The notes under the pieces: generated by a model
Seen by the model: the letters and a program-made list of their open reading frames with translations, nothing else
Told to the model about the DNA's origin: nothing
Database searches by the model: none
Assembly: GCA_018335035.1 (NCBI GenBank)
Contig: JAGXKT010000003.1
Location: forward strand, 14,623 to 78,622
Source: Phycisphaerae bacterium
Lineage (GTDB): Bacteria > Planctomycetota > Phycisphaerae > SM23-33
DNA: 64,000 nt
Reading direction: 5' to 3'
Program-made: the position numbers and the translations under genes
Shown here: positions 29,999 through 39,431 of the stretch, piece after piece
Layout: every line of letters begins with the position of its first letter
Position numbering within the stretch: position 1 is the first letter of the stretch

Positions 29999-30026
29999 TT
30001 GACCACGCGCCGGCAATGCGTACAAT
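29999..30026 (+). promoter_or_regulatory. Candidate sigma70-type promoter for tRNA-Lys (TTGACC, 16 nt, TACAAT)
   Basis: -35 TTGACC at 29999-30004 and -10 TACAAT at 30021-30026. The tRNA 5' end is 47 nt downstream. Confidence 0.45.
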
Positions 30027-30073
30027 ACGCCTCATCAGGCGCCGCGCCACGCCGTGCGCGGCGCCGCGACGTT

Positions 30074-30147
<74 letters not shown>

Positions 30148-30191
30148 AAGACAAGCCCCCGCGAGTCAATGACTTGCGGGGGCTTTGTCTT
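30148..30191 (+). terminator. Strong GC-rich hairpin immediately 3' of tRNA-Lys (terminator-like, no T-run)
   Basis: AAGACAAGCCCCCGC ... GCGGGGGCTTTGTCTT forms a ~14-bp stem with one bulge around a 13-nt loop. No U-tract, as is common in high-GC genomes. Confidence 0.45.
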
Positions 30192-30311
30192 GCAGGACAG
30201 CCGTACAGGCGGCACCCGTCCATCCGATCTCCTTCGCGCTGGGAAACCGGACAGGTCTACTCGTTTAGAACCGCACAGTACTATGCATGTACGACAAACA
30301 CACGCCTTCCG

Positions 30312-30340
30312 TTGTCGCCGCGCGGGTTGGCGTGTATAGT
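30312..30340 (+). promoter_or_regulatory. Candidate sigma70-type promoter for carB (TTGTCG, 17 nt, TATAGT), followed by a leader hairpin
   Basis: -35 TTGTCG at 30312-30317, 17-nt spacer, -10 TATAGT at 30335-30340. Hairpin GCCGATGC-N9-GCATCGGC at 30346-30370 in the leader. Confidence 0.45.
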
Positions 30341-30427
30341 ACCCGGCCGATGCGCCGCGGGTGCATCGGCTGACGCGGGCGACCGCGCCCGCACGAAACG
30401 ACCCGCTATCGCTACGGACCTGCCCCC

Positions 30428-33400
30428 ATGCCCAAACGGGACAACATCCAGACGATCTGCATCATCGGCTCGGGCCCCATCGTCATCGGGCAGGGCTGCG
30501 AGTTCGACTACTCCGGCACGCAGGCGTGCAAGGCCCTGCGCGAGGAGGGCTACCGGATCGTCCTGGTCAACTCCAACCCGGCGACGATCATGACCGATCC
30601 GGAAATGGCGGACCGGACGTACATCGAGCCGATCACGCCCGACGCCGTCACCAAGGTCCTCGCTCGCGAGAGGCCGGACGCCCTGCTACCGACACTCGGC
30701 GGGCAAACGGGGCTCAACACCGCCGCGGCGGTGTACGATTCCGGCGCGCTGGACGAGCTGGGCGTGGAGCTGATCGGCGCCACGCGCGACGTGATCCACC
30801 GCGCCGAGGACCGCACGGAGTTCAAGAACGTCTGCCTGTCGGTGGGCCTGGACGTCCCGGCCAGCGGGATCGCCCACAGCATGGACGAGGCCCGCGCGAT
30901 CGTCGCCGACGTGGGCGTGCCGTGCTGCATCCGCCCGGCCTATACGCTGGGCGGCAGCGGCGGCGGGTTCGCGTTCAACATCGAGGAGTTCGAGCAGATC
31001 GCCCAGCGCGGCCTGGACGCCTCGCCGATCAGCGAGATTCTCGTCGAAGAGTCCGTCCTTGGCTGGAAGGAATACGAGCTGGAGCTGATGCGCGACCGGG
31101 CGGACAACGTCGTGATCGTCTGCTCAATCGAGAACATCGACGCGATGGGCGTCCATACGGGCGATTCGATCACCGTCGCCCCGGCCCAGACGCTGACGGA
31201 CAAGGAATATCAGCGGATGCGTGACGCCGCCGTGGCGGTCATCCGCGCCGTCGGCGTCGAGACCGGCGGCAGCAACATCCAGTTCGCGGTCGACCCGGCC
31301 GGCGGGCGCATGGTCGTCATCGAGATGAACCCGCGCGTCAGCCGCAGTTCGGCGCTGGCGTCCAAGGCGACGGGCTTTCCCATCGCCAAGATCGCCGCCA
31401 AGCTCGCCGTCGGCTACACGCTGGACGAGATCCCCAACGACATCACGCGCCAAACGCCCGCGTGCTTCGAGCCGACGATCGACTACGTTGTCACCAAAAT
31501 CCCCCGCTGGACGTTCGAGAAGTTCCCGGATGCCGACGAGACGCTCACCACGCAGATGAAGTCCGTCGGCGAGGCCATGTCCATCGGCCGGACGTTCAAG
31601 GAGTCCCTCCAGAAGGGCATCCGCTCGATGGAGGTCAAGCGCTACGGGCTAGGGCTGGACGCCAACGACAAGTGGCTGAAGGCACAAAGGGCGGAGGCGG
31701 GAGAACCGAGGACCGAAGACAAGACGAGCAAGGGCGAGCACGGAGAACTGAGGACTGAGGACAAGACGGCAGCCGACGGGCCCTCCGCCCTCAGCCCTCC
31801 GTCCTCACCTCGCGCCGTTGACTGGCCCGTCGAGGAAGGCAAGTTGCGGCGTAAGCTGTCGGTGCCGGCCCAGGGGCGGCTGTACTACGTCCGCTACGCG
31901 TTCAAGATGGGCTGGACGGTCGATCAGGTCCACGAGCTGACGTGGATCGACCCGTGGTTTCTGTCGCACATCAAGCAGTTGGCGGACTTCGAGAGCGCGC
32001 TGGTCGCGGCAGGGTCGCTGGACACGGCCGAGGAGGCACTGCTTCGCGAGGCCAAGCAGTGGGGCTACTCGGACATCCAACTGGCGCATGCCTGGCGGAC
32101 GACGCCCGACGCCGTCCGCGCCCGTCGTGCGCAGCTGGGCATCTGGCCGGTCTACAAGCTGGTCGACACCTGCGCGGCCGAGTTCGAGGCCTACACGCCC
32201 TACTACTACTCCACGTACGAGGCCCCCTTCCGCGTCATCGGAGATGCCGAGACCACGGCGACCTCCGACCTGCGGCCCGCGACCTGCGATGACGAAATCC
32301 GCGTTTGCGACAAAAAGAAGATCGTCATCCTCGGCGGCGGTCCGAACCGCATCGGACAGGGCATCGAGTTCGACTACTGCTGCGTACACGCCGTGATGGC
32401 CGCCAAGGAACTGGGCTACGAGGCCGTCATGGTCAATTCCAACCCCGAGACGGTCTCGACCGACTATGACACGTCGGACATGCTGTTCTTCGAGCCGCTG
32501 ACGCTGGAGGACGCTCTGAACCTCTGCGAGCGGCTCAACGGACAACCACTCAACGCAGAGAGCGCGAAGAGCGCAGAAAATCGCCATGAGGACGTCTCTG
32601 CGTCACGTGCGGGCGAGCACGCTGCAGGGCGGGGTTCTGCCATGTCATCTGCCTCTGCGGACTCCGCGTGCTCGGCGTTGAACGACGGTCTGCTCCACGG
32701 CGTGATCGTGCAACTCGGCGGGCAGACGCCGCTGAACCTCGCGCGCGGGCTTGACCAGGCCGGCGTGCCGATCATCGGCACCAGTCCCGAGTCGATCGAC
32801 CTGGCCGAGGACCGCGAGCGCTTCGGGCAGGTCCTGGCCGAGCTGGACCTCAAGTGCCCCGAAGGCGGCACGGCGTTTTCCGTCGAACAAGCCCGCGAGG
32901 TCGCCGCCCGGATCGGCTATCCCGTGCTGGTCCGCCCGAGCTACGTCCTCGGCGGGCGGGCGATGGAGATCGTCTCGGACGAGGCGCAGCTCGACGTCTA
33001 CATGGGTAAGGCCGTCGACGCGTCGACCGTCGGGCGGGAGCACCCGATCCTGATCGACAAGTTCCTCGCCGGCGCCACGGAAGTGGACGTGGACTGCCTC
33101 GCGGACTTCGGCGCCACCCGCGCCGAGCCCGACCACCCGAACGGGCCTCGAAACCCCCGCGCCGTGATTTGCGGTGTGATGGAGCATATCGAGCAGGCCG
33201 GCGTCCACAGCGGCGACTCGGCCTGTGCGCTGCCGCCGTTCTCGCTGACCGACGCCGTCATCGCCGAGATCGAGCGCCAGGCGCGTCTGCTGGCCGAGCG
33301 CCTCGAAGTCCGCGGGCTGATGAACGTCCAGTTCGCCGTCAAGGACGGCGAGGTGTACATCCTCGAGGTCAACCCGCGCGCCTCGCGGACCGTGCCGTTC

Positions 33401-34081
33401 GTTTCCAAGGCCACCGGCGTGCCCTGGGCGAAGCTGGCCGCGAAGGTGATGGCCGGTGAGACGCTGGAGGCCCTCGGCGTCACAGAGGCGCCGCGCCCCG
33501 CACAGACGTCCGTCAAGGAGAGCGTCTTCCCCTTCGGCAAGTTTCCGGGCGTGGACGTGATCCTGGGACCCGAGATGCGCTCGACCGGCGAGGTGATGGG
33601 CGTGGACATGACGTTCTCGCTGGCGTTCGCCAAGAGTCAGATGGCCGCCGGCGTCCACCTGCCGACCGAGGGGACGGTGTTTCTAAGCGTCTGCGACGCG
33701 GACAAGCCACAGGTCGCCCCGCTGGCCCAGCGTCTGGCGGCGATGGGCTTTTCGCTGGTCGCCACAAAAGGCACGCACGACGTGCTCGCCACGGCGGGCG
33801 TCCGCTGCGACCGCCTGGCCAAGCTCGTCGAGGGCCGACCCAACATCGCTGACATGATGGCCAACGGCGAGGTGGCACTGCTGATCAACACCCCCACGCG
33901 CCGCGGCCCGACGACCGACGAAGGCAGGATCCGCGCCCTGGCGACGCTGCGCCACGTGCCGCTGATCACCACCATGACGGCCGCACACGCCGCCGTCGAC
34001 GGCATCGCCGCCCTCCGCGCCGGAACTGCCGGCGACGGGTGGGGCGTCCGCGCCCTGCAGGAATACTTCCCCGAGGCCTGA
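30428..34081 (+). CDS. carB: Carbamoyl-phosphate synthase large subunit, 1217 aa with three lineage-specific insertions
   Basis: Collinear with E. coli CarB across both ATP-grasp halves and the MGS-like domain. About 144 extra residues sit in three insertions: after the first oligomerisation region, between the halves, and inside the second ATP-grasp domain. Confidence 0.95.
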   Translation: MPKRDNIQTICIIGSGPIVIGQGCEFDYSGTQACKALREEGYRIVLVNSNPATIMTDPEMADRTYIEPITPDAVTKVLARERPDALLPTLGGQTGLNTAAAVYDSGALDELGVELIGATRDVIHRAEDRTEFKNVCLSVGLDVPASGIAHSMDEARAIVADVGVPCCIRPAYTLGGSGGGFAFNIEEFEQIAQRGLDASPISEILVEESVLGWKEYELELMRDRADNVVIVCSIENIDAMGVHTGDSITVAPAQTLTDKEYQRMRDAAVAVIRAVGVETGGSNIQFAVDPAGGRMVVIEMNPRVSRSSALASKATGFPIAKIAAKLAVGYTLDEIPNDITRQTPACFEPTIDYVVTKIPRWTFEKFPDADETLTTQMKSVGEAMSIGRTFKESLQKGIRSMEVKRYGLGLDANDKWLKAQRAEAGEPRTEDKTSKGEHGELRTEDKTAADGPSALSPPSSPRAVDWPVEEGKLRRKLSVPAQGRLYYVRYAFKMGWTVDQVHELTWIDPWFLSHIKQLADFESALVAAGSLDTAEEALLREAKQWGYSDIQLAHAWRTTPDAVRARRAQLGIWPVYKLVDTCAAEFEAYTPYYYSTYEAPFRVIGDAETTATSDLRPATCDDEIRVCDKKKIVILGGGPNRIGQGIEFDYCCVHAVMAAKELGYEAVMVNSNPETVSTDYDTSDMLFFEPLTLEDALNLCERLNGQPLNAESAKSAENRHEDVSASRAGEHAAGRGSAMSSASADSACSALNDGLLHGVIVQLGGQTPLNLARGLDQAGVPIIGTSPESIDLAEDRERFGQVLAELDLKCPEGGTAFSVEQAREVAARIGYPVLVRPSYVLGGRAMEIVSDEAQLDVYMGKAVDASTVGREHPILIDKFLAGATEVDVDCLADFGATRAEPDHPNGPRNPRAVICGVMEHIEQAGVHSGDSACALPPFSLTDAVIAEIERQARLLAERLEVRGLMNVQFAVKDGEVYILEVNPRASRTVPFVSKATGVPWAKLAAKVMAGETLEALGVTEAPRPAQTSVKESVFPFGKFPGVDVILGPEMRSTGEVMGVDMTFSLAFAKSQMAAGVHLPTEGTVFLSVCDADKPQVAPLAQRLAAMGFSLVATKGTHDVLATAGVRCDRLAKLVEGRPNIADMMANGEVALLINTPTRRGPTTDEGRIRALATLRHVPLITTMTAAHAAVDGIAALRAGTAGDGWGVRALQEYFPEA

Positions 34082-34340
34082 GGTCGCAGCGCAGCCACAC
34101 GGCCCGCATGCCGACGTGCGTCGCACGGGCGTCGGAGACGCCCGTGGCACCCAGGAGGTAGCGGGGGCATGCCTGCCCACCATGTCGCCAAACAGCACCG
34201 CAGCGCCCCGCGGGCATACATGTCGAAGATCCGCATGGGCCCGCCCTACGCCGCGCATGCGACAACGCATGGTTGGCCGCTTCGCCCTGCAAGCGAACCT
34301 CACAGCCCATGGCACCCCCTGAGCGATCACCCGACCAGTT

Positions 34341-34436
34341 GAGCAATCGACGAGTCAACGAGTTCACGAATCAACGGGTCGACGGGGCCGCGAATCAACG
34401 AGTCAACGAGTTACCGAGTCAACGAATCGCGAGGGT
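34341..34436. repeat. Degenerate 8-bp tandem repeat array, about 12 units, consensus AACGAGTC (GACTCGTT on the - strand)
   Basis: Units read gagcaatc / gacgagtc / aacgagtt / cacgaatc / aacgggtc / gacggggc / cgcgaatc / aacgagtc / aacgagtt / accgagtc / aacgaatc / gcgagggt. The array covers the last ~8 codons of leuC and ~70 nt of its 3' flank, in the convergent carB/leuC intergenic region. The period is not a multiple of 3. Confidence 0.7.
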
Positions 34437-35772
34437 CGGTGATTCGTCCAGCGACCGCACTGGCCGCGGCGGTCAGGGGGCTGGCGAGGTAGATCTGCGC
34501 TTCCTTGTGGCCCATCCGGCCGGGGAAATTGCGGTTGGTCGTGGAAACCACCGTCAGCGGCTCGTTCGCGCGGCCGAAGGTGTCCGCCGGGCCGCCCAGG
34601 CACGCGGCGCAGCTCGCCGGGCCGATCGTGCACCCCGCGGCTGCGAAGATCGCCCGCAGCGATTGCCCGTCCACCTGCACGCGGTCCAGGTCGGCGTCGA
34701 CTTCCGTGGTCGCCGGGACGATGAACGTCTCGACGGCGACCTCGCGGCCTGCGAGCACGCGGGCCGCCGCGGCGAAGTCGGCCGTCTTGCCGCCCGTGCA
34801 CGAGCCGATGTACGCCCGGTCGATCCGCACGTCGGACAGCTCGCCGGCCGTGGCGCGATTGCCCGGCGAGTGCGGCCGGGCGACGGTCGGTGCCAGCGCG
34901 CCGGCGTCCAACGTGTACGTCGCGGCGTATTCGGCGTCGGCGTCAGATTCATAGACGACCGGCTCGGGCGCGTCGTCGGCCGCGCGGTCGCGTACGTAGG
35001 CCAGCGTGGTTTCGTCGGCGGCGATGATGCCGTTCTTGCCGCCGGCCTCGATCGCCATGTTGCAGATCGTGCAACGCTCGTCCATGTCCAGGGAGCGGAT
35101 CGCCTCGCCGTCGAACTCCATCGCCGCGTAGGTCGCACCGTCGACGCCGATTTCGCCGATGACGTGCAGGATGAGGTCCTTGGCCATCAGGTAGTCGGGC
35201 ATCGCGCCGTTGAACGTGAATCGCATCGACGGCGGCACGCGGAGCCACAGCTTCCCCGCGCCCAGCACGAAGCCGGCCTCGGTGTTGCCGATGCCCGTGG
35301 CGAACGCGCCGAACGCCCCGTGCGTGCAGGTGTGGCTGTCGGTGCCCAGCAGCAGCTCGCCGGGGCGCGTATGCCCGTTCTGCGGCAGCGCGACGTGACA
35401 GACGCCGCGGTAACTCGTGGCGGCCGGGTCCTCGTACGCCGGCGGAATGCCCTCGCAGCCGGCCGTGATGAAGTCCGGGTCGTAGTAGTGTTCAATGCCC
35501 TGCTCGCGGACGAAGTCGCGCAGGATCTCGACGTTGCGGTGGGCCCGCGGCTCGGCCGTGAAAATGTAGTGATCCGGCACGATCACCACGCACGTCGGGT
35601 CCCACACCCTGGCGTCGGCGCCGAACTGCTCGCGAAAAACGCCGATGCTGCCGGGCCCGCAGACGTCGTGGGTCATCAGCACGTCCACATCGCACCAGAC
35701 CGTCTGTCCGGGTCTGACGCTATCCCGCCCGGCGTGGGCGGCGAGGATCTTCTCGGTGATCGTCATGGGCAT
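34411..35772 (-). CDS. leuC: Aconitase-family 3-isopropylmalate dehydratase large subunit (LeuC/HacA type)
   Basis: Start at ATG 35772 (MPMTITEKILAAHAG...). Motifs 'TDSHT', 'GSCTGG' and a C-terminal 'NRNFPGRMG...YLASP' end typical of the LeuC large subunit. The upstream extension of the track ORF was rejected. No leuD is adjacent. Confidence 0.8.
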   Translation of the reverse strand: MPMTITEKILAAHAGRDSVRPGQTVWCDVDVLMTHDVCGPGSIGVFREQFGADARVWDPTCVVIVPDHYIFTAEPRAHRNVEILRDFVREQGIEHYYDPDFITAGCEGIPPAYEDPAATSYRGVCHVALPQNGHTRPGELLLGTDSHTCTHGAFGAFATGIGNTEAGFVLGAGKLWLRVPPSMRFTFNGAMPDYLMAKDLILHVIGEIGVDGATYAAMEFDGEAIRSLDMDERCTICNMAIEAGGKNGIIAADETTLAYVRDRAADDAPEPVVYESDADAEYAATYTLDAGALAPTVARPHSPGNRATAGELSDVRIDRAYIGSCTGGKTADFAAAARVLAGREVAVETFIVPATTEVDADLDRVQVDGQSLRAIFAAAGCTIGPASCAACLGGPADTFGRANEPLTVVSTTNRNFPGRMGHKEAQIYLASPLTAAASAVAGRITDPRDSLTR

Positions 35773-36044
35773 AGCGTCCGTCTCCTGTCGCGCGCTGCAC
35801 ACGCTACCGGCGCCCGCGGCAAAAGGCAAGCCGGCGTCACACCGTCCGGGGGGTCGCCCGCGGAGCAGCGCCCACCGCCGGCGGGGCTGCCGCCCCGGCC
35901 TGGAATCGCGCGGCGTCTGCCGGAGCTGGCCCGCCCGGAATCGCACGAGCCCTGCTGGGGCCGGCCCGCGCCGCCGTGCCGCTTGACACCGTCGCGGCGG
36001 GCGGCTACCACGGGGCCTGCCCCGCATGCCCGGCAGGAGCGGCG

Positions 36045-37271
36045 ATGAAGATTTTGGTCATCAATTGTGGCAGCAGTTCCGTCAAGTACAAGTTGTTCGA
36101 CGTCGCCGACGGCGACGGCGCCGCGGTGCCGCACACCCCGGCCGCCGGCGTACTGGAGCGCGTCGGTGGCGACGCCGTGTTGCACCACACGGCCGGTGAG
36201 GCCACCGACGACCGCCGCGTGGACGCGCCGGACCACCGCGCGGCCATCGGCGCAGTTCTCGACGCGTTGGTCCACGGCGACGGCGCCGTGCTCGACCGTC
36301 TCGACACGATCGACGGCGTCGGGCATCGCGTGGTGCACGGCGGCGAGGACGTCACGGACGCAAGCGTCGCGGACGACGCCTTGCGGGAGATCATCCGGCG
36401 CAACGCCTCGCTGGCGCCGCTGCACAATCCGCCGAACCTCGACGGCATCGACGCGGCGCGTGAGGCGCTGCCGGAGGCCTGTCACGTGGCCGTGTTCGAC
36501 ACGGCCTTTCTGACCACGCTGCCGCCGAAGGCCTATCGCTACGCCGTGCCGGAACGCTGGTATCGCGAGCATCACGTGCGAAAATACGGCTTCCACGGCA
36601 CCAGCCACCGCTACGTCACGCTGCGGACGGCTGAGCTGCTCTCAAAGCCGGTCGCCGAGACGAACCTGATCACCTGCCACCTGGGCAACGGCTGCTCGAT
36701 GACGGCCGTGGCGGGCGGAAAGGCCGTGGATCACTCCATGGGCATGACGCCGCTGGACGGGCTGGTCATGGGCACGCGGAGCGGCACGCTTGACCCGGCG
36801 GTGGTGCTGTACATGCTGTCGCGCGGGCTCGACCGCGAGGCGGTGGGCCGCGCGCTGAATGCCGAGTCCGGGCTTCTGGCGCTGAGCGGACGCAGCAACG
36901 ACATGCGTGATCTTCTGGCCGCACGTGACGACGGCGACGAGCGGGCGGCGCTGGCGGTCGAGGCATTCATCTATCGCGTCGTCAAGTACGTCGGGGCATA
37001 CCACCTCGCGCTGCGGTCGGTCGACGCGGTCGTGCTGACCGGCGGCATCGGCGAGAACTCCATCCCCGCGCGGCGCGGCATCGTCGACGGGCTCGCGCCG
37101 CTGGGCGCCGTGCTGGACGCGGACCGCAACGCGTCGCTGGCGGGGTCGGCCGGCGCGATTACCACCGCCGCCTCGTCGCTGAGCGTCTGGGTTGTGCCGA
37201 CCGACGAGGAGTTCATGATCGCGCGCGACACCGCGCGCTTCGTCAGCGGCCGGCAGCGAGAGAACCGATGA
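36045..37271 (+). CDS. ackA: Acetate kinase
   Basis: 'MKILVINCGSSSVKYKLF' N-terminus, 'HRVVHGG', 'VAVFDTAF', 'HLGNGCS', 'VVLTGGIGENS' motifs. Start at ATG 36045. Its stop overlaps the next gene's ATG (ATGA). Confidence 0.9.
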   Translation: MKILVINCGSSSVKYKLFDVADGDGAAVPHTPAAGVLERVGGDAVLHHTAGEATDDRRVDAPDHRAAIGAVLDALVHGDGAVLDRLDTIDGVGHRVVHGGEDVTDASVADDALREIIRRNASLAPLHNPPNLDGIDAAREALPEACHVAVFDTAFLTTLPPKAYRYAVPERWYREHHVRKYGFHGTSHRYVTLRTAELLSKPVAETNLITCHLGNGCSMTAVAGGKAVDHSMGMTPLDGLVMGTRSGTLDPAVVLYMLSRGLDREAVGRALNAESGLLALSGRSNDMRDLLAARDDGDERAALAVEAFIYRVVKYVGAYHLALRSVDAVVLTGGIGENSIPARRGIVDGLAPLGAVLDADRNASLAGSAGAITTAASSLSVWVVPTDEEFMIARDTARFVSGRQRENR

Positions 37272-38083
37272 GCGACGTCGTCTCCCGTAAACCGGACGAC
37301 CGGACGCAAGCCCTGGGCGAAGCCCAGAGCAGGTGCCGCTACTGCGGGGCGCCGCTGGTACCGGGGTTCTACTTCTGCCTGGCATGCGGCACGCCGTACA
37401 AACCCATCGCCAACGTCCTGCCGCCGTCCCGTCCGATCAAGCCGACCGCGGGCATGTTGATCGAGCGAAAAGCCCCGCACGTTTGGGCGCTGTTCTGGAC
37501 GTATTTCGGCGTGGTGCTGGCCAGTTCAATCATCGCGACCGTGCTTCTCGATGAGTACCCGCTGGCGCAACTTGTCTTCCTCGACGCGACCATGCTGGTC
37601 ACCACGTGCGTCTGGGGCGCCCTGCATTGGCGCGCGCTGGCGGTGCAACTCAAGCGCATCGGACTGTTTCGCTGGGAAATGCTCGCGGGGCTGGTGGGGC
37701 TGGCGGGGCTGCTGGCGATCAACTACGGCTACCACGGCTGGCTGCGGGAGCTGTTCGACGCCGAATCGATCGTCGACCGGTTTCGTGCGTCCGGTGTGTC
37801 GCGCGCTGTGCTGATCGCCTCATTCTGCGTCCTGCCGGCGGTTGTCGAGGAAATCAGCTTCCGCGGGCTGCTGCAGCACTGGCTTCACACGGCCGTGCGC
37901 CCGATTACCGCGCTTCTGCTCAGCTCGGCGTTGTTCGCCGCGTTGCACTTCTCCATCATCAGCGGGTGGTATCTGTTCGCCGTGGGCATGCTGTTGGGGG
38001 TGCTGCGGTGGCGGACGGGTAGCTTGTACCCCTGCATGCTTGTGCACTTCCTGCACAACCTGGTCGTGCTTGAAATGTTCTGA
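37268..38083 (+). CDS. CPBP-family (CAAX protease / Abi) intramembrane glutamic endopeptidase with an N-terminal zinc ribbon
   Basis: N-terminal 'CRYCGAPLVPGFYFCLACG' Cys4 ribbon. CPBP motifs: motif 1 'VEEISFRGLL' (EExxxR), motif 2 'FAALHF' (FxxxH), motif 3 'HFLHNLV' (HxxxN). Multiple TM helices. Confidence 0.75.
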   Translation: MSDVVSRKPDDRTQALGEAQSRCRYCGAPLVPGFYFCLACGTPYKPIANVLPPSRPIKPTAGMLIERKAPHVWALFWTYFGVVLASSIIATVLLDEYPLAQLVFLDATMLVTTCVWGALHWRALAVQLKRIGLFRWEMLAGLVGLAGLLAINYGYHGWLRELFDAESIVDRFRASGVSRAVLIASFCVLPAVVEEISFRGLLQHWLHTAVRPITALLLSSALFAALHFSIISGWYLFAVGMLLGVLRWRTGSLYPCMLVHFLHNLVVLEMF

Positions 38084-38152
38084 CGATCTACTATTGTGAA
38101 GTCCTGCCCGCCGGCAATTGGGCGTCGGTCGGCGAAAAACGGGACCACCGGG

Positions 38153-38809
38153 ATGGGCATCGTCTTACTGGTACTCATGATCATCGGCGGCGTGACAGGC
38201 ACGGCCGCGGCGGTGATCGCGTTGTACAAGGGGCGTATGGCCGCGGCGTGGTTCTTCGGCGGGCTGGCAGCGGGGACGTTCCTGCACGTGATCGGGGCGA
38301 CGATCATCCTGGTGATCGTCTCGGTCCTTCCGAACAAGAAGCTCGAAGCGGCCCGCCAGCAGTACGTCGAGCGCGAACGAAGACGCCTGCGCGAGCAATT
38401 GCGCCAGGAGCGGCTGAAGAACGAGGCGTTCCGCCAGTACACCAGCGACCGCCTGGACACGCACGACGCCGCTCTGGGCCTGGACACGCGAACGCGCGAC
38501 GCCCTCCCGCCCGCCGCCCAGTCCGCCATGCGGCAACTGAATAGCGCAGGCGCCCCGGCAGACGTCCCCGGCGGCGGGGCGCTGCCGCCGGCGAACCCGT
38601 CGGCGGCGGTCTGGTTTTACGAGCGGCAGGGCGCGGCCAAGGGGCCCGTGTCCGCCAACGACATCCGCCAACTTCTGCACATCGGGACCATCGCGGACGT
38701 CACGCTCGTTTGGAGCCAGGACCTCGGCCAATGGACGCCGGCGCGGCAGGTTCCGGTATTCCGCGACGTAGCATCCCGTGCGTCGGCCGGCCGCACGCCG
38801 CCGGCTTGA
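38153..38809 (+). CDS. Membrane-anchored DUF4339 (GYF-like) domain protein, paralog A
   Basis: ATG 38153. Two N-terminal TM helices (AAVIALYKGR...WFFGG...VIVSVLPNK), a charged coiled-coil (ERERRRLREQLRQERLKNEAF), and a C-terminal 'WFYERQGAAKGPVSANDIRQLL...VWSQDLGQWTPA' DUF4339 module. Confidence 0.6.
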   Translation: MGIVLLVLMIIGGVTGTAAAVIALYKGRMAAAWFFGGLAAGTFLHVIGATIILVIVSVLPNKKLEAARQQYVERERRRLREQLRQERLKNEAFRQYTSDRLDTHDAALGLDTRTRDALPPAAQSAMRQLNSAGAPADVPGGGALPPANPSAAVWFYERQGAAKGPVSANDIRQLLHIGTIADVTLVWSQDLGQWTPARQVPVFRDVASRASAGRTPPA

Positions 38810-38829
38810 GCCCAGATGGCGAGGAAGGC

Positions 38830-39426
38830 ATGCACGCGCTGTCATTGGTGATTCACATCGGACTCGGTATCGGCGCCGCTGCGATCGCGTCCCACAAAGG
38901 CCGCAGCGTGGTGGGCTGGTTCTTCGGCGGGTTCTTCCTGGGGGTGATTGGAATCATCATCGTCGCGGTGCTGCCCAACAAGACGCTCGAGCAGCAGCGC
39001 CTGCACCACGCCGAGCGGGAGCGGCGCCGTCTGCGCGAGCAACTGCGCCAGGAGCGCATCAAGAGCGAGGCATTCCGCCGGTACACCAGCGAGCGGCTGG
39101 ATTCGCATGACGACGTGCTGGGGATCGACACACGCACGCGCGACGCCCTGCCGGACGGCACGGTCGCGGAGCCGCATCAACTCGCCAGCGACGGACCGCC
39201 GCCGGTGTCGAATCGGAATCGCATCGGCCCGGCGCGGCTCGGGCCCAACCCCCACGCGCCCATCTGGTTCTACGAGCGGCATGGCCAGGCAACGGGCCCC
39301 GTCTCGGCACAGGACATCAGGCAGCTTCTCTGCGGCGGGAGCATCACCGACGCCACGCTCATCTGGAGCCAGGACCTCGGCGAATGGACGCCGGCCGCCG
39401 ACGTTGACGCCTTCAAGGAGACCTAA
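38830..39426 (+). CDS. Membrane-anchored DUF4339 (GYF-like) domain protein, paralog B (tandem duplicate)
   Basis: Same three-part architecture and ~60% identity to paralog A (e.g. 'ERERRRLREQLRQERIKSEAF', 'WFYERHGQATGPVSAQDIRQLL...IWSQDLGEWTPA'). Only 20 nt downstream of paralog A. Confidence 0.6.
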   Translation: MHALSLVIHIGLGIGAAAIASHKGRSVVGWFFGGFFLGVIGIIIVAVLPNKTLEQQRLHHAERERRRLREQLRQERIKSEAFRRYTSERLDSHDDVLGIDTRTRDALPDGTVAEPHQLASDGPPPVSNRNRIGPARLGPNPHAPIWFYERHGQATGPVSAQDIRQLLCGGSITDATLIWSQDLGEWTPAADVDAFKET

Positions 39427-39431
39427 CGATC

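Noticed and set aside
34341-34436. CRISPR array or iteron interpretation of the 8-bp repeats
   Set aside because: The units are far too short and contiguous, with no spacers, for CRISPR. There are no cas genes in the window, and iterons are typically 17-22 bp.
34273-34440. Possible small ORF encoding an 8-aa periodic peptide (NQRVNEXX repeats) across the 8-bp repeat array
   Set aside because: The periodicity comes from the 8-bp DNA repeat (3 units = 24 nt). The frame runs straight into the antisense of leuC and has no RBS or start context, so I treat the array as non-coding and 3'-UTR repeat DNA.
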